Source of the DNA: a virus
Taxonomy: Duplodnaviria > Caudoviricetes
Direction: 5' to 3' (one strand)
Virus record (IMG/VR): IMGVR_UViG_3300025288_000034
Coordinates: 1 to 45,987 of that record
DNA length: 45,987 nucleotides
This document shows positions 16,908 to 25,846 of this stretch, piece after piece (the stretch's first letter is position 1; every line of letters starts with the position of its first letter). The notes under the pieces were generated by a model. The model did no database searches. It was given only the letters and a program-made list of their open reading frames with translations, and was not told where the DNA came from. The position numbers were made by a program, and so were the translations under genes.

Positions 16908-17273
16908 ATAACATAACTAACATAACCACTTCCCAACCGCCCCCGCCCCCGCACGCCCTGACCTCGCTCTTTTGCATAACATGTAGGTATATGATTCCAC
17001 CCCCATGTTTCCCCTGTATTCCCCACCTGTATTCTCAAGGGCGTTATTGCTTTTACAGGGCGTACACAAGTTTTTTAAAGAATTAAATTGTTTTTGAGGG
17101 AGTCCCTTTGCCATTTTTTCGCGGGGGAGGGGAGTACAGGTGCTGTTGTGGATGGGATTCACATCCCCCCCCACGCGCGCGTACTCATACACCTATGCGC
17201 AATTCCGCGAGGTCAGGCCGGCAGGGGGCCCCCCGCTTGTGAAATGGTTATGTTAGTTATGTTAGTTATGTTA
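16908..17273. repeat. Large interrupted inverted repeat centred on an AT-rich core; candidate replication origin
   Basis: Four nested arm pairs (16908-16928/17245-17265; 16957-16967/17207-17217; 16984-16994/17185-17195; 17024-17034/17132-17142) centred near 17083-17090. Confidence 0.75.
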
Positions 17274-17436
17274 TTCTCATTGTAGGTGATTCCCTGCCAT
17301 TCCACTTGTAGGGGAAAAACGTGCTGAAAGTGTCCCAATCCATTTACGCCCCGCGTGCGCGCGCATTTTCATGCTGCACTGCAACATTTTTTACCCCCGG
17401 AATACCGGCCTTTTTCGGGCTCTTCTCGCGTATGCG

Positions 17437-17466
17437 CTTGACATCCCCCTCGCGCGCGCGTATGTA
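17437..17466 (+). promoter_or_regulatory. Rightward sigma70-type promoter for the early cassette
   Basis: C-TTGACA-N17-TATGTA; same architecture as the promoter at 19213. Confidence 0.65.
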
Positions 17467-17522
17467 TAAGGGGCGATGCAATTCCGCGTCGCTTCACAAC
17501 GCGAAACAAAAGGGTTCAAGCA

Positions 17523-18422
17523 ATGAATACCAATGCACAAGCGCAAGCACTAGCACAAGCGCAAGAAGTCACGGCCCCGGCCACGGCTCCGGTCGGCTAT
17601 AAAGAGATGACCAAGATTCCGGTTCGCACAATCCTTAGCGCGCCGGAGGACGGATCGGACTCGCATATAAACACGCTTCGAGTCATGCTGGCGAAAATCT
17701 TGCAGACGCCCGGCGCAGTGGAAACCCGCTTCGACATCGCCGGACTCGACCGAGATAGCGGCGAGGTTGATTTCTCTGTTTATGCGGGAAAAGACATCTA
17801 CATCTGCCGCGTGATGAACAAAGGCGCAGACATCAGGACGATTCTTGTCCAGCCGGTCCCGCGCCTCGCGGACGTGCTGGAAGCGCCGAATGCTTCGCAG
17901 TGGATTGCTCACACGTTAACGCGGGCGCTAGCGCAACAGCTTGTGCGCCCGATTCGGAAGCCGTCGAATGCGGAAATTGATCCGGGCATTACGGCGGACG
18001 CACTTGCTGCGATTCCGCTGTCAATCGACGATTATGTGCTCAGCCGTGCCGGCGCGGGCAGCAAGTGGACCGTGTGGAAGTCGCACGCGAAAGCCCTGAT
18101 CGACACGCTTGCGGGTGCTTTTGCCGAGTTCCGCGCGATCCGAGTCACGCAAGACCTGCTGCGGCAGGTTCTCGCTAGCAAGGCATTCGCCGAGCGGGTA
18201 TTCCCGGCGATGGAAGAACGGGGCGTGTTCGTGAAAGTGATCGGCGCTCTGGTGAAGCACGCGGCGAAGGATGGGGTTGAAGACTCATTGCCGCGTGAGT
18301 GGTTGGCGACGCGCGATAGCGTAGGGGCGGACATCGAACTCGAAGCCGAAGGCGAAGAGGCGGTTGACTTGGACCTCCTTTTCGGCGATGACGACGACGA
18401 GGACGAGGACGACAACGCATAG
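17523..18422 (+). CDS. Hypothetical early protein with very acidic C-terminal tail (299 aa)
   Basis: Own promoter and terminator; ends DIELEAEGEEAVDLDLLFGDDDDEDEDDNA. Confidence 0.85.
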   Translation: MNTNAQAQALAQAQEVTAPATAPVGYKEMTKIPVRTILSAPEDGSDSHINTLRVMLAKILQTPGAVETRFDIAGLDRDSGEVDFSVYAGKDIYICRVMNKGADIRTILVQPVPRLADVLEAPNASQWIAHTLTRALAQQLVRPIRKPSNAEIDPGITADALAAIPLSIDDYVLSRAGAGSKWTVWKSHAKALIDTLAGAFAEFRAIRVTQDLLRQVLASKAFAERVFPAMEERGVFVKVIGALVKHAAKDGVEDSLPREWLATRDSVGADIELEAEGEEAVDLDLLFGDDDDEDEDDNA

Positions 18423-18459
18423 TTGCTCCGCCTACGGACGATGTGACTCTAACAGACTG

Positions 18460-18497
18460 GCGCGCCGCGATGTTCACTCACCGCGGCGCGCTTTTTT
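18460..18497 (+). terminator. Intrinsic terminator
   Basis: GCGCGCCGCG/CGCGGCGCGC 10-bp stem followed by TTTTTT. Confidence 0.85.
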
Positions 18498-18498
18498 G

Positions 18499-18527
18499 TT
18501 GCATCGCGCCGCGCGCGGGTGTAGGGT
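18499..18527 (+). promoter_or_regulatory. Sigma70-type promoter for the 70-aa gene
   Basis: TTGCAT-N17-TAGGGT; the -10 is identical to that of the leftward promoter. Confidence 0.55.
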
Positions 18528-18570
18528 GATTGAGTCGACAACACACACACATGAAAGAAAGGCGCAGACC

Positions 18571-18783
18571 ATGCATGTATTCACAAACAATCTAGACGAA
18601 TACCGGGCCGCTTGGCTTCGACACGTCGAGGAGTTAAGGCCCCTCGCTTTCACGGCTGGAATTGACACCGAAGAATGGAACGCAACGCGGCAGCGCCTAA
18701 CCGATTGGGTGGACAAGGCGGCGGCGGCGATCACACCGAGGGCAGCCGAGGCGACTCCGGCGGCGGCGCACCCAGCAGAGTAA
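18571..18783 (+). CDS. Small hypothetical early protein (70 aa)
   Basis: AAAGG RBS; flanked by promoter and hairpin. Confidence 0.7.
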   Translation: MHVFTNNLDEYRAAWLRHVEELRPLAFTAGIDTEEWNATRQRLTDWVDKAAAAITPRAAEATPAAAHPAE

Positions 18784-18814
18784 TTGTCCGCTTCGCGCAC
18801 CGCGCGCCTCCCCC

Positions 18815-18851
18815 AGGCCGGTATTCAATCCAACGAATACCGGCCTTTCTT
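18815..18851 (+). terminator. Hairpin/terminator after the 70-aa gene
   Basis: Perfect 12-bp stem AGGCCGGTATTC/GAATACCGGCCT followed by TTCTT. Confidence 0.65.
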
Positions 18852-19212
18852 ATATAGCCTTTCTGCGACTCATTCTCATTCTCAAAAATCCTCACTCGCT
18901 ACGCTCGCTCGAAGTAAGGAGTCGGGCTGGTCGCCCGACAAGTCATTCTTTCAGCGCAAGGCGACTCGCTAGTCGCTCGTCAGGTTTTTCTTGAGCCTTT
19001 TTCTGGCGAAGGGGGGAGGGTATCCCCCCATGATGAAATCGCGGCCTCACTCTTAATACGACCCCCGCCCTGTCCTCACAAAAAAATAAAAAACCTTCAC
19101 GATTCCACTGCCGGACGGAAATAACCGTCGGGGGGAGTCACTCTTTGCGGGGTGCATTCCTTCCAACGGAAATAACGCTCCAGGGGAATCCCTTCCTGTG
19201 GAACGATTAACA

Positions 19213-19242
19213 CTTGACTTGGGCGGAGAATGCACATATGTG
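19213..19242 (+). promoter_or_regulatory. Promoter of the virion arm
   Basis: C-TTGACT-N17-TATGTG upstream of the small terminase RBS. Confidence 0.6.
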
Positions 19243-19294
19243 GGGAGGGTGGAGTGTGTGGATGTGGGGCGGTGCGCCCCGCTCGGAGGCGGTG

Positions 19295-19906
19295 ATGTTG
19301 ACGAATCAACAGGTTGCGGAACTCTTGGGTCGGGAGGTGGAGGAGATTCATCTCTCGGTGGCACTGCATGAGATGCAGGGGATTGACTCTGCTACGGTTG
19401 CCGACATTTTCGCGGTGCCAGAGGAGGAGATTCTTGAGATCATTGCGCTTCCGGAGTACCAGGAGGTAAAGCGTTGCGTTGCGGTGCACATGGCGCAGTA
19501 CTCGGCGCAGACGGATGTGTCGTGGGACTCCCTGGAATTTACCGCACTGAAGAAATTGCAGGACACATGCAAGTATTCGAATGACCCGGAGTTTCATCTC
19601 AAATTGGCGGCGGTCGCGAATAAGGCGCAGCGGCGCAACCGGAAGACCGCAGGGACTCTTTTGAACGCGGCAGAGCCGGGATTGCGAGTGAATCTCACTC
19701 TTACAGAGCGATTTGTTAACAAATTGATTCACGGGAGTCAACAAAACGAGCAGGTGCGAGCGGTGGAGCGGCGTATTGACATTGAGCAGGCTTCGAAGTA
19801 TAAGATTCCTGCGAATGCGTTACAGAAGCTGTTGGCGCCGCGCGTGGATACCGACGCGATTGATATTGCGTTGGCGGAATCATTCGGTCTGGCTGCGATT
19901 GGGTAG
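19295..19906 (+). CDS. terS: Putative terminase small subunit
   Basis: HTH-like N-terminus (IDSATVADIFAVPEEEI), position directly before TerL, GGAGG RBS before ATG 19295. Confidence 0.6.
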   Translation: MLTNQQVAELLGREVEEIHLSVALHEMQGIDSATVADIFAVPEEEILEIIALPEYQEVKRCVAVHMAQYSAQTDVSWDSLEFTALKKLQDTCKYSNDPEFHLKLAAVANKAQRRNRKTAGTLLNAAEPGLRVNLTLTERFVNKLIHGSQQNEQVRAVERRIDIEQASKYKIPANALQKLLAPRVDTDAIDIALAESFGLAAIG

Positions 19907-19920
19907 ATGAGTGCACGCGC

Positions 19921-21474
19921 ATGAAGGCAAAGCCTGATTTAATCTATGATTTGGATGATCGAGTCTCCACGGTAAGTGCGCAAGCATCTGTGGCGGAGAT
20001 CGATCAGCGCCTCCGTGTGGATTATGAGTTCTTCGCGGAATTCTTTATGCCGGACAGTTTAGATATTGAGATTCCGGAGTTCCACCATCAAACATGGGGG
20101 AACATGATTGACCCGGAAAAGAAGCGGGTTATTGAGGCGATTCCCAGGGAGCACGCGAAAACCACACAGGCAAAACTTGCTGTGGTGTATCATTTCCAGT
20201 TTCTCCCACACAGATTCTGTGTGTATCTGTCTAACACGAATACCATCGCGTTGAATGCCTGCAAGGACATTTTCGCGTTCTTTAATTCCCCGAATTACAC
20301 AGCGGTGTATGGGCCGATTGTGGTGGAGACCGCGAGCGAGGGCAATTCCTTGTGGATTTTCCGTATAAGACTCAGGAACGGAAGGGAGAAACGGTGCATT
20401 TTGCGCGCTGCGGGTGCCAACCAACAGATGCGGGGAATCAACATTGACAACCAGCGCCCCGATATTGCGGTGGTGGATGATGTGGAGGACCTTGAGAATA
20501 CAGAGTCGGATCGATTGCAGAAAAAGCTGGACAAGTGGATCTTCGCCACGTTTCTCAAGGCCCTTGCGCACAAACACAAGGTGATCTGGATTGGGAATAT
20601 GCTGCGCAAAACTTCTTTGCTGGCGAGGTTAACGACTCGCCCGGAGTTCAAGGAGACGTGGCACTCACTCGTGCTGGGCGCGATCATTATGAATCCCACC
20701 ACGGGACAGCTGGAGTCGCTCTGGCCTGCCTTGTGGACTCTTGATAAGCTGATTGCGGACTTCCAGCAATACGCGGCAATTGGCCAGACGGAATCATGGT
20801 ATTGTGAGATGATGAACATGCCGGGGCTTGGAGAGGCGGGATTCCAAGTGGAGGACATGAGATACGAGGTGGTGGCAAATCCGGAAGATTACCTCGCGAC
20901 ATTCATCACGGTGGACCCCGCGTTCGGGCTGGACCCGGAGGTGAATGACTCCACAGCGATTGTGGTTCATGGGATTCCTAATACTGGCCCCCCGCAAGTG
21001 CTGACGTACAAAACCGGGCACATGTCTGAGGTGGACATTTTCAATCAATGCATTGAATTTATGCGGTACTGGAAGTGTTTCACGTGGGGGATTGAACATG
21101 TGGCGGCGCAGCGGGTGTTGCTGACTCTCTTTGAGGTGCTGCTCCTGAGGAAACAGGAATCGCGTGTGCTGGTACTTCCTTTGCAAGCATCTACGAATCA
21201 ATCGAAGGCAATGCGGATCAAGACGTTTGTCAATTTGATGAAAGACGGGGAGTACAAATTGCCTCACGGGGAGTTCGAGGCGACGACTCAATTCCTTCAA
21301 TACGACATGCGTAAGAAGGATCAAGTGGATGATCTTGTAGATGCGATTTCTTACGGTCCACAGATGTTGATTCGTTACAAGTCACAGATTATTGATAATG
21401 CCTACGCGGCATTAAATCTGCCCACGTCTGCCATGGCGGGGGCGAAACAGGGATTGGAGATCGCCAATGTCTAG
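19921..21474 (+). CDS. terL: Terminase large subunit
   Basis: PREHAKTT Walker A, MRG, IAVVDDVE Walker B, ITVDPAFG and DDLVDA RNase-H-like nuclease motifs. Confidence 0.93.
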   Translation: MKAKPDLIYDLDDRVSTVSAQASVAEIDQRLRVDYEFFAEFFMPDSLDIEIPEFHHQTWGNMIDPEKKRVIEAIPREHAKTTQAKLAVVYHFQFLPHRFCVYLSNTNTIALNACKDIFAFFNSPNYTAVYGPIVVETASEGNSLWIFRIRLRNGREKRCILRAAGANQQMRGINIDNQRPDIAVVDDVEDLENTESDRLQKKLDKWIFATFLKALAHKHKVIWIGNMLRKTSLLARLTTRPEFKETWHSLVLGAIIMNPTTGQLESLWPALWTLDKLIADFQQYAAIGQTESWYCEMMNMPGLGEAGFQVEDMRYEVVANPEDYLATFITVDPAFGLDPEVNDSTAIVVHGIPNTGPPQVLTYKTGHMSEVDIFNQCIEFMRYWKCFTWGIEHVAAQRVLLTLFEVLLLRKQESRVLVLPLQASTNQSKAMRIKTFVNLMKDGEYKLPHGEFEATTQFLQYDMRKKDQVDDLVDAISYGPQMLIRYKSQIIDNAYAALNLPTSAMAGAKQGLEIANV

Positions 21475-23479
21475 CACACAGGACAGGATTCGTTTGTCGG
21501 ATGTAACATTGGCGGAGGCGCCGGCCTCGTTGCCGAAGACACATCCTCTGGTGAATGCAGATTCGCACATGAAGTTGATGGACTTCGTAATGCCACGTTT
21601 GCGTGCGGCCAAACTGGGGCGGGAATCGAGACTCGCGAGGCTCATCCAGGCGGACAAACAGATCTATGGGTGGATTCGCCTCACGTCAGCGGACCAGAAG
21701 CGCAAAGATCGGAAGGACGCCAATGGGCAGCCTTATGCGATTGATCAACACATGCCGCTGGGACTCGTGAGATTGCAGGACGCGATTTCGTATTTCAGCG
21801 GCATATTCGCTCCCACACGGGGGATGTTTCAGCATGTGGGGGATAAGAATCAACAGGAAGCGGGGAAAGACCTGTTGAAGGTGATGAATCAACAGGCACA
21901 ACACGCGGGGTATTATAGGCAGTTGATGCGGGCTATTCTGGACATCCACAAGTACAACATGGGGGGACTCATCGTTGAGTGGGATACAGAACCGGGGCTG
22001 GAGATTTTCCGCCGGGATGGTGCCGTGGAAGTGTCTCCCACGATTGTGTGGGAGGGGAATCGAACTGAGGCGGTGGACCTGTACAATGCATTCTGGTCTG
22101 CAGGAGTCCCTCTGCTGGAGATCGATACGAAAGCGGAGTTTTTCGCCACCACGCGGCTGACAAACTACTTTGAGTTGCAGAAGAAGGGGGCGGCGGGGGA
22201 GTGGTTGAATCTCCGTGAAGCTCTGGGCGAGACGGGGGCGGGTGCTGGGACGGGAGGAACGCGGCGCGCCACGGCCGCCGGGGTGACCAAGACGAGTCTT
22301 TACAAGTATCCCCCCGCGGAACTCCAGTTGTCGCAGGATGCGCTGACTTCCTCCGCCAGCGAGTGGGCTTTCATGTCATACGAAGCGGGAATACAAGGCG
22401 GGGAGGATGGATTCACCTCCATCAACGGCCTGTTTGAATTCACCCGCGTGTGGATTTGGCTTAATCCGGTGGAGATGAAGCTCGTTGCGCGTAATGCGGA
22501 TAACAAGCGGACTCGAAATCGCCTGGAATTATGGAAACTCGGAATCGTGGATGGCGCGTGGCTGGTAAGTGCCGAGCATGTGCCCAACATCCACGCGAGA
22601 ATCCCAGTTGCAATGGGCTCCCTCAGCATTGATGCGCTGGAAGAATGGCAACGGTCGAGCTCGGAAGTCTTGCGGCCCCTGCAAGACTTCCTTTCGTTCC
22701 TGTTGAATACGCATGTGAAGGGGGTACGGAAGAACATCTGGGGACTTACCTTTTACAATGCAAATCTTGTGGATATGAATCAACTTGAGGAAGGTGAAGT
22801 TGCCGGGGCAATCCCGGTGAAGCCTGGTGCGAGCGATCTCCCCCTCGATAGAGTCATTTTCAAAGACAGCCGAACGGTGGACACGTCACGGACAATGCAA
22901 GATTTTACCTCCCTGCTAGGGGTGATGCAGCAATTGATTCCCACACAGGCGCAACCTTCCCAAATTGCGGGGATCGACCGTGCGGTGGATCGACAGGTGG
23001 CGGCGGTGATTCAAGGAGGGAATCGACCTCTCCTGATGAATGCGAGGATTCTGGACGAGACGATGTTGCGCACGTGGAGGACCTTGTTGTATTTCAACCT
23101 GATTCAGTTCCAGGATGATGTGGAAGTCGTGGATACGGACGGGTCCAAGAGGACAATTGAAGGGAATCTACTGCAGGACATCAAACTGGAATACGTGTTG
23201 GGGCAGGGCCTCAAAGCGATCGACAAGCAATTGGTGGCGCAGGAGATTCAACGGGTGCTGTTCGCTGTGCTGCAATCGCAGTCTGCGCTGGAACAGATTG
23301 ATGTTGTGGGATTAATGGATGCGTGGTCGGATTACCTAGATGTGGAGTTGGATTTGACTCAGTTTAGGATCCAACAACCACAGCAGGCAGCGGGGGCTGA
23401 GGGCGGAGCGGCGGCAGCGGGATTACCTGCGGAAGCGGCGAACGCGAGTCTGCCGCCAACATTGGGCTTGGGGGTATAG
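21467..23479 (+). CDS. Portal protein
   Basis: 670 aa directly after TerL; helical podovirus-portal-like pattern with Q/A-rich tail. Confidence 0.8.
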   Translation: MSSTQDRIRLSDVTLAEAPASLPKTHPLVNADSHMKLMDFVMPRLRAAKLGRESRLARLIQADKQIYGWIRLTSADQKRKDRKDANGQPYAIDQHMPLGLVRLQDAISYFSGIFAPTRGMFQHVGDKNQQEAGKDLLKVMNQQAQHAGYYRQLMRAILDIHKYNMGGLIVEWDTEPGLEIFRRDGAVEVSPTIVWEGNRTEAVDLYNAFWSAGVPLLEIDTKAEFFATTRLTNYFELQKKGAAGEWLNLREALGETGAGAGTGGTRRATAAGVTKTSLYKYPPAELQLSQDALTSSASEWAFMSYEAGIQGGEDGFTSINGLFEFTRVWIWLNPVEMKLVARNADNKRTRNRLELWKLGIVDGAWLVSAEHVPNIHARIPVAMGSLSIDALEEWQRSSSEVLRPLQDFLSFLLNTHVKGVRKNIWGLTFYNANLVDMNQLEEGEVAGAIPVKPGASDLPLDRVIFKDSRTVDTSRTMQDFTSLLGVMQQLIPTQAQPSQIAGIDRAVDRQVAAVIQGGNRPLLMNARILDETMLRTWRTLLYFNLIQFQDDVEVVDTDGSKRTIEGNLLQDIKLEYVLGQGLKAIDKQLVAQEIQRVLFAVLQSQSALEQIDVVGLMDAWSDYLDVELDLTQFRIQQPQQAAGAEGGAAAAGLPAEAANASLPPTLGLGV

Positions 23480-23578
23480 GAAGGCAGTCCGAGCGCAGCG
23501 AGGACAGAACACGGTACGCATGACGCATGACGGCGACAATCCGATTCACAGGACAGGCAATACTAGAGGAGGCATATC

Positions 23579-23866
23579 ATGTACATGAGGGCGTTTGAGA
23601 GTGAGGAGTTCGGGGGGCATAGGGAGATTCTCCGGCAACCCGCATTTGTGGAGGCGCTCAAAAAGCTGTGTGAATTGGCGAAGCTGGAGGCGTTGAAGCA
23701 GAGCGCCGCGGATGCGACGGCTGTTGGGAAGAGTCAAAAGACCTTTGGCTCCCCAGACTACACAGATGTATTGTCGTCTTTTACGATAATGATGACATCT
23801 GTGGCGGAATTGGAGGAGTTCTTGACCTATCTTAGGAAGACGAGACTCGCTTCGATAGAAGATTAA
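23579..23866 (+). CDS. Hypothetical protein (95 aa), head module
   Basis: GAGGAGG RBS; typical small gene between portal and scaffold. Confidence 0.75.
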   Translation: MYMRAFESEEFGGHREILRQPAFVEALKKLCELAKLEALKQSAADATAVGKSQKTFGSPDYTDVLSSFTIMMTSVAELEEFLTYLRKTRLASIED

Positions 23867-23896
23867 CCTAGAACACAACAGAAGGAATCAAGGGCT

Positions 23897-24661
23897 ATGG
23901 AAGACGAAATCTTTGGGGCTGTTGGAAGCAGCGGCAATGGGGGCGGGCAACAGGGCGGGCAAGACGGGGCCGCCGGTTCGCAAGGGCAACAACAGGGGAA
24001 TCAAGACCAGCAGGCCGATAACAGTGGTGGTGATGCTGATTTGTTGGCAGGGTTCTGGGATGCAGACGAGAGCGGGGAGAGTGAACAAGGAGGCCAGCGT
24101 GGTGCACAGCAGAATCCGTCAACGCAGACGGCTCAACCTGCACAGAATCAGACTCAGACGCAAGGCGATGCAACGGCGGCGCTCCGCAACGTCGTAGAGG
24201 CGATGCAGATTCCAGACATCATGACGGACGACGTCATGACGCAGCTGGCGAACAACGACACGAAGGGATTCAATGACAGCATCAAAAACTTGCAGCGGAA
24301 TGTTTCACAACAGACGCTCACACTGACGGGGCAGATGCTGCAGGCGATGCACGAACGGATCATCGGGGACGTCAAAAAGACTCTCTCCGCCCAATTCGAC
24401 AGTCGTGACAATATGGAGTTTTTGGATACGCAGCTACCGCGAGTCGATGCAACGGCCAAACCTGTTGTACAGGCGTTGTTTCAACGAGCGTTGGTGCGGA
24501 CAAAGGGCAACAAAGAGAAGGCAGCCATTATGACGAAACAGATGCTTGGGCGTCTGGGAATCGCCAGCGGCAGTCAAAGTGAAAACGAGGCGCAGGCTCG
24601 AACGGCCCAGAAAATCGATTGGGCAAAAGAACTGGGGCTCACAGCGGACAATAGGAGATAG
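23897..24661 (+). CDS. Putative capsid scaffolding protein
   Basis: G/Q/D-rich disordered N-terminus, helical C-terminus, directly before the capsid gene. Confidence 0.7.
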   Translation: MEDEIFGAVGSSGNGGGQQGGQDGAAGSQGQQQGNQDQQADNSGGDADLLAGFWDADESGESEQGGQRGAQQNPSTQTAQPAQNQTQTQGDATAALRNVVEAMQIPDIMTDDVMTQLANNDTKGFNDSIKNLQRNVSQQTLTLTGQMLQAMHERIIGDVKKTLSAQFDSRDNMEFLDTQLPRVDATAKPVVQALFQRALVRTKGNKEKAAIMTKQMLGRLGIASGSQSENEAQARTAQKIDWAKELGLTADNRR

Positions 24662-24670
24662 GGATTCAAG

Positions 24671-25846
24671 ATGGCTATCAAAGGTTTGTTTTTGTCAAAC
24701 GCAGGAGTCGTCAGCGATCGCATCGGCGATTTTGCTGGTGCACTCCTGCAACTTCATGCGGGAGGCACGGCGCCTTTGCTGGCCATTTCAAGCGGCATGG
24801 AGTCTGAAGAAGGTGGCGACACGGTATTTGCGTGGTTCGAGGAAACGAAAATCACAGGCCGCACCAATGTCGTCAGCGGTGGTACAACGACTTCCGTGAC
24901 GGTCGGGGATGCGTCCTCGTATGTGGCCGGCACGGTACTCCTGGTGGAGGAAACCGGGGAGGTCATGCTTGTCACGGCTGAGGCGTCGAATGTCCTCACT
25001 GTGATTCGTGGCATCGGCGGCACTGCGATTGTGTCCCTGACGGGATCGCACAATGTGGTCAAGATCGGGTCGGCATTCGAGGAAGCTTCGAGTATGCCGG
25101 TTGCGGTCATGAATCAGGGCGTGGTATACACGAACTACCAACAGATCTTCCGCAACTCCTGGAGCGTGTCTGGCACTGCCAAGGTGGTCTCGTTCCACAC
25201 GGGGGACAAAGTCGCGAAGTCGAAACGGGAAGCGGCGGGATTCCATGCCGAGGACATCGAACGCGCGATGCTCTGGGGCGTGAAACACGTGGGGTCGCTG
25301 AACAGCAAACCATTCTTCATGATGGACGGGATTCTACAGCAGATCAAAGCCCGTGGCGGCAAGGTTCGCGCGCAGGCCACGAATGTGACGATGGCGGAGT
25401 TCAGGGACTTTCTGCGCGATATCTACAGCACGAACATTCGTGGTATGCCGAATGAGAGAATCGCGTTCGGTGGCAACATTGCGTTGCAGACGCTCAACGA
25501 GTCTGCCCGCAAAGACGGTGTGCACCAATTTGAGACCGGGGAAACTGCGTTCGGACTCAAATTCACCAAGTTCGTCAGCGCCTTTGGCGACTTGACCATC
25601 CTCACGCATCCGCTGATGAATGAGTCGCCGCTGTGGCAGAAAGAACTCTACGTGCTGCATCCCGGCGCCATCAAGACTCGGTGGCTGCGTCGCACCTTCC
25701 GGGATGACCACGACAAATCCGGGTCTCGCTCCAACGGGAAGGACGCGGATGAGGGAGTCATTACCTCGCAGACTTCGGTCAAGGTGCTGGGTGCGCAGAC
25801 CATGGGCATCTACACCGGCATCGACACTTCAGCGGCTTCGGCGTAA
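24671..25846 (+). CDS. Major capsid protein (DUF5309/SU10-like HK97 fold with inserted beta domain)
   Basis: F.WFEE, NYQQIFRNSWSVSGT, DIERAMLWG, MDGIL motifs; size and position. Confidence 0.85.
   Translation: MAIKGLFLSNAGVVSDRIGDFAGALLQLHAGGTAPLLAISSGMESEEGGDTVFAWFEETKITGRTNVVSGGTTTSVTVGDASSYVAGTVLLVEETGEVMLVTAEASNVLTVIRGIGGTAIVSLTGSHNVVKIGSAFEEASSMPVAVMNQGVVYTNYQQIFRNSWSVSGTAKVVSFHTGDKVAKSKREAAGFHAEDIERAMLWGVKHVGSLNSKPFFMMDGILQQIKARGGKVRAQATNVTMAEFRDFLRDIYSTNIRGMPNERIAFGGNIALQTLNESARKDGVHQFETGETAFGLKFTKFVSAFGDLTILTHPLMNESPLWQKELYVLHPGAIKTRWLRRTFRDDHDKSGSRSNGKDADEGVITSQTSVKVLGAQTMGIYTGIDTSAASA

Noticed and set aside
16575-17273. Repeat-rich region as a CRISPR or mini-CRISPR array (a Cas4-like gene is present)
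   Set aside because: Repeats are short, heterogeneous and tandem or inverted, with no constant repeat-spacer period
17245-17273. TTA-rich repeats as CtrA boxes
   Set aside because: Period is 9 bp (GTTATGTTA), not TTAA-N7-TTAA
19054-19062. TAATACGAC, the start of the T7 promoter consensus
   Set aside because: Only 9 nt match, a single copy, and no T7-like RNA polymerase is encoded
19097-19744. 215-aa minus-strand ORF
   Set aside because: Antisense to the small terminase and its promoter
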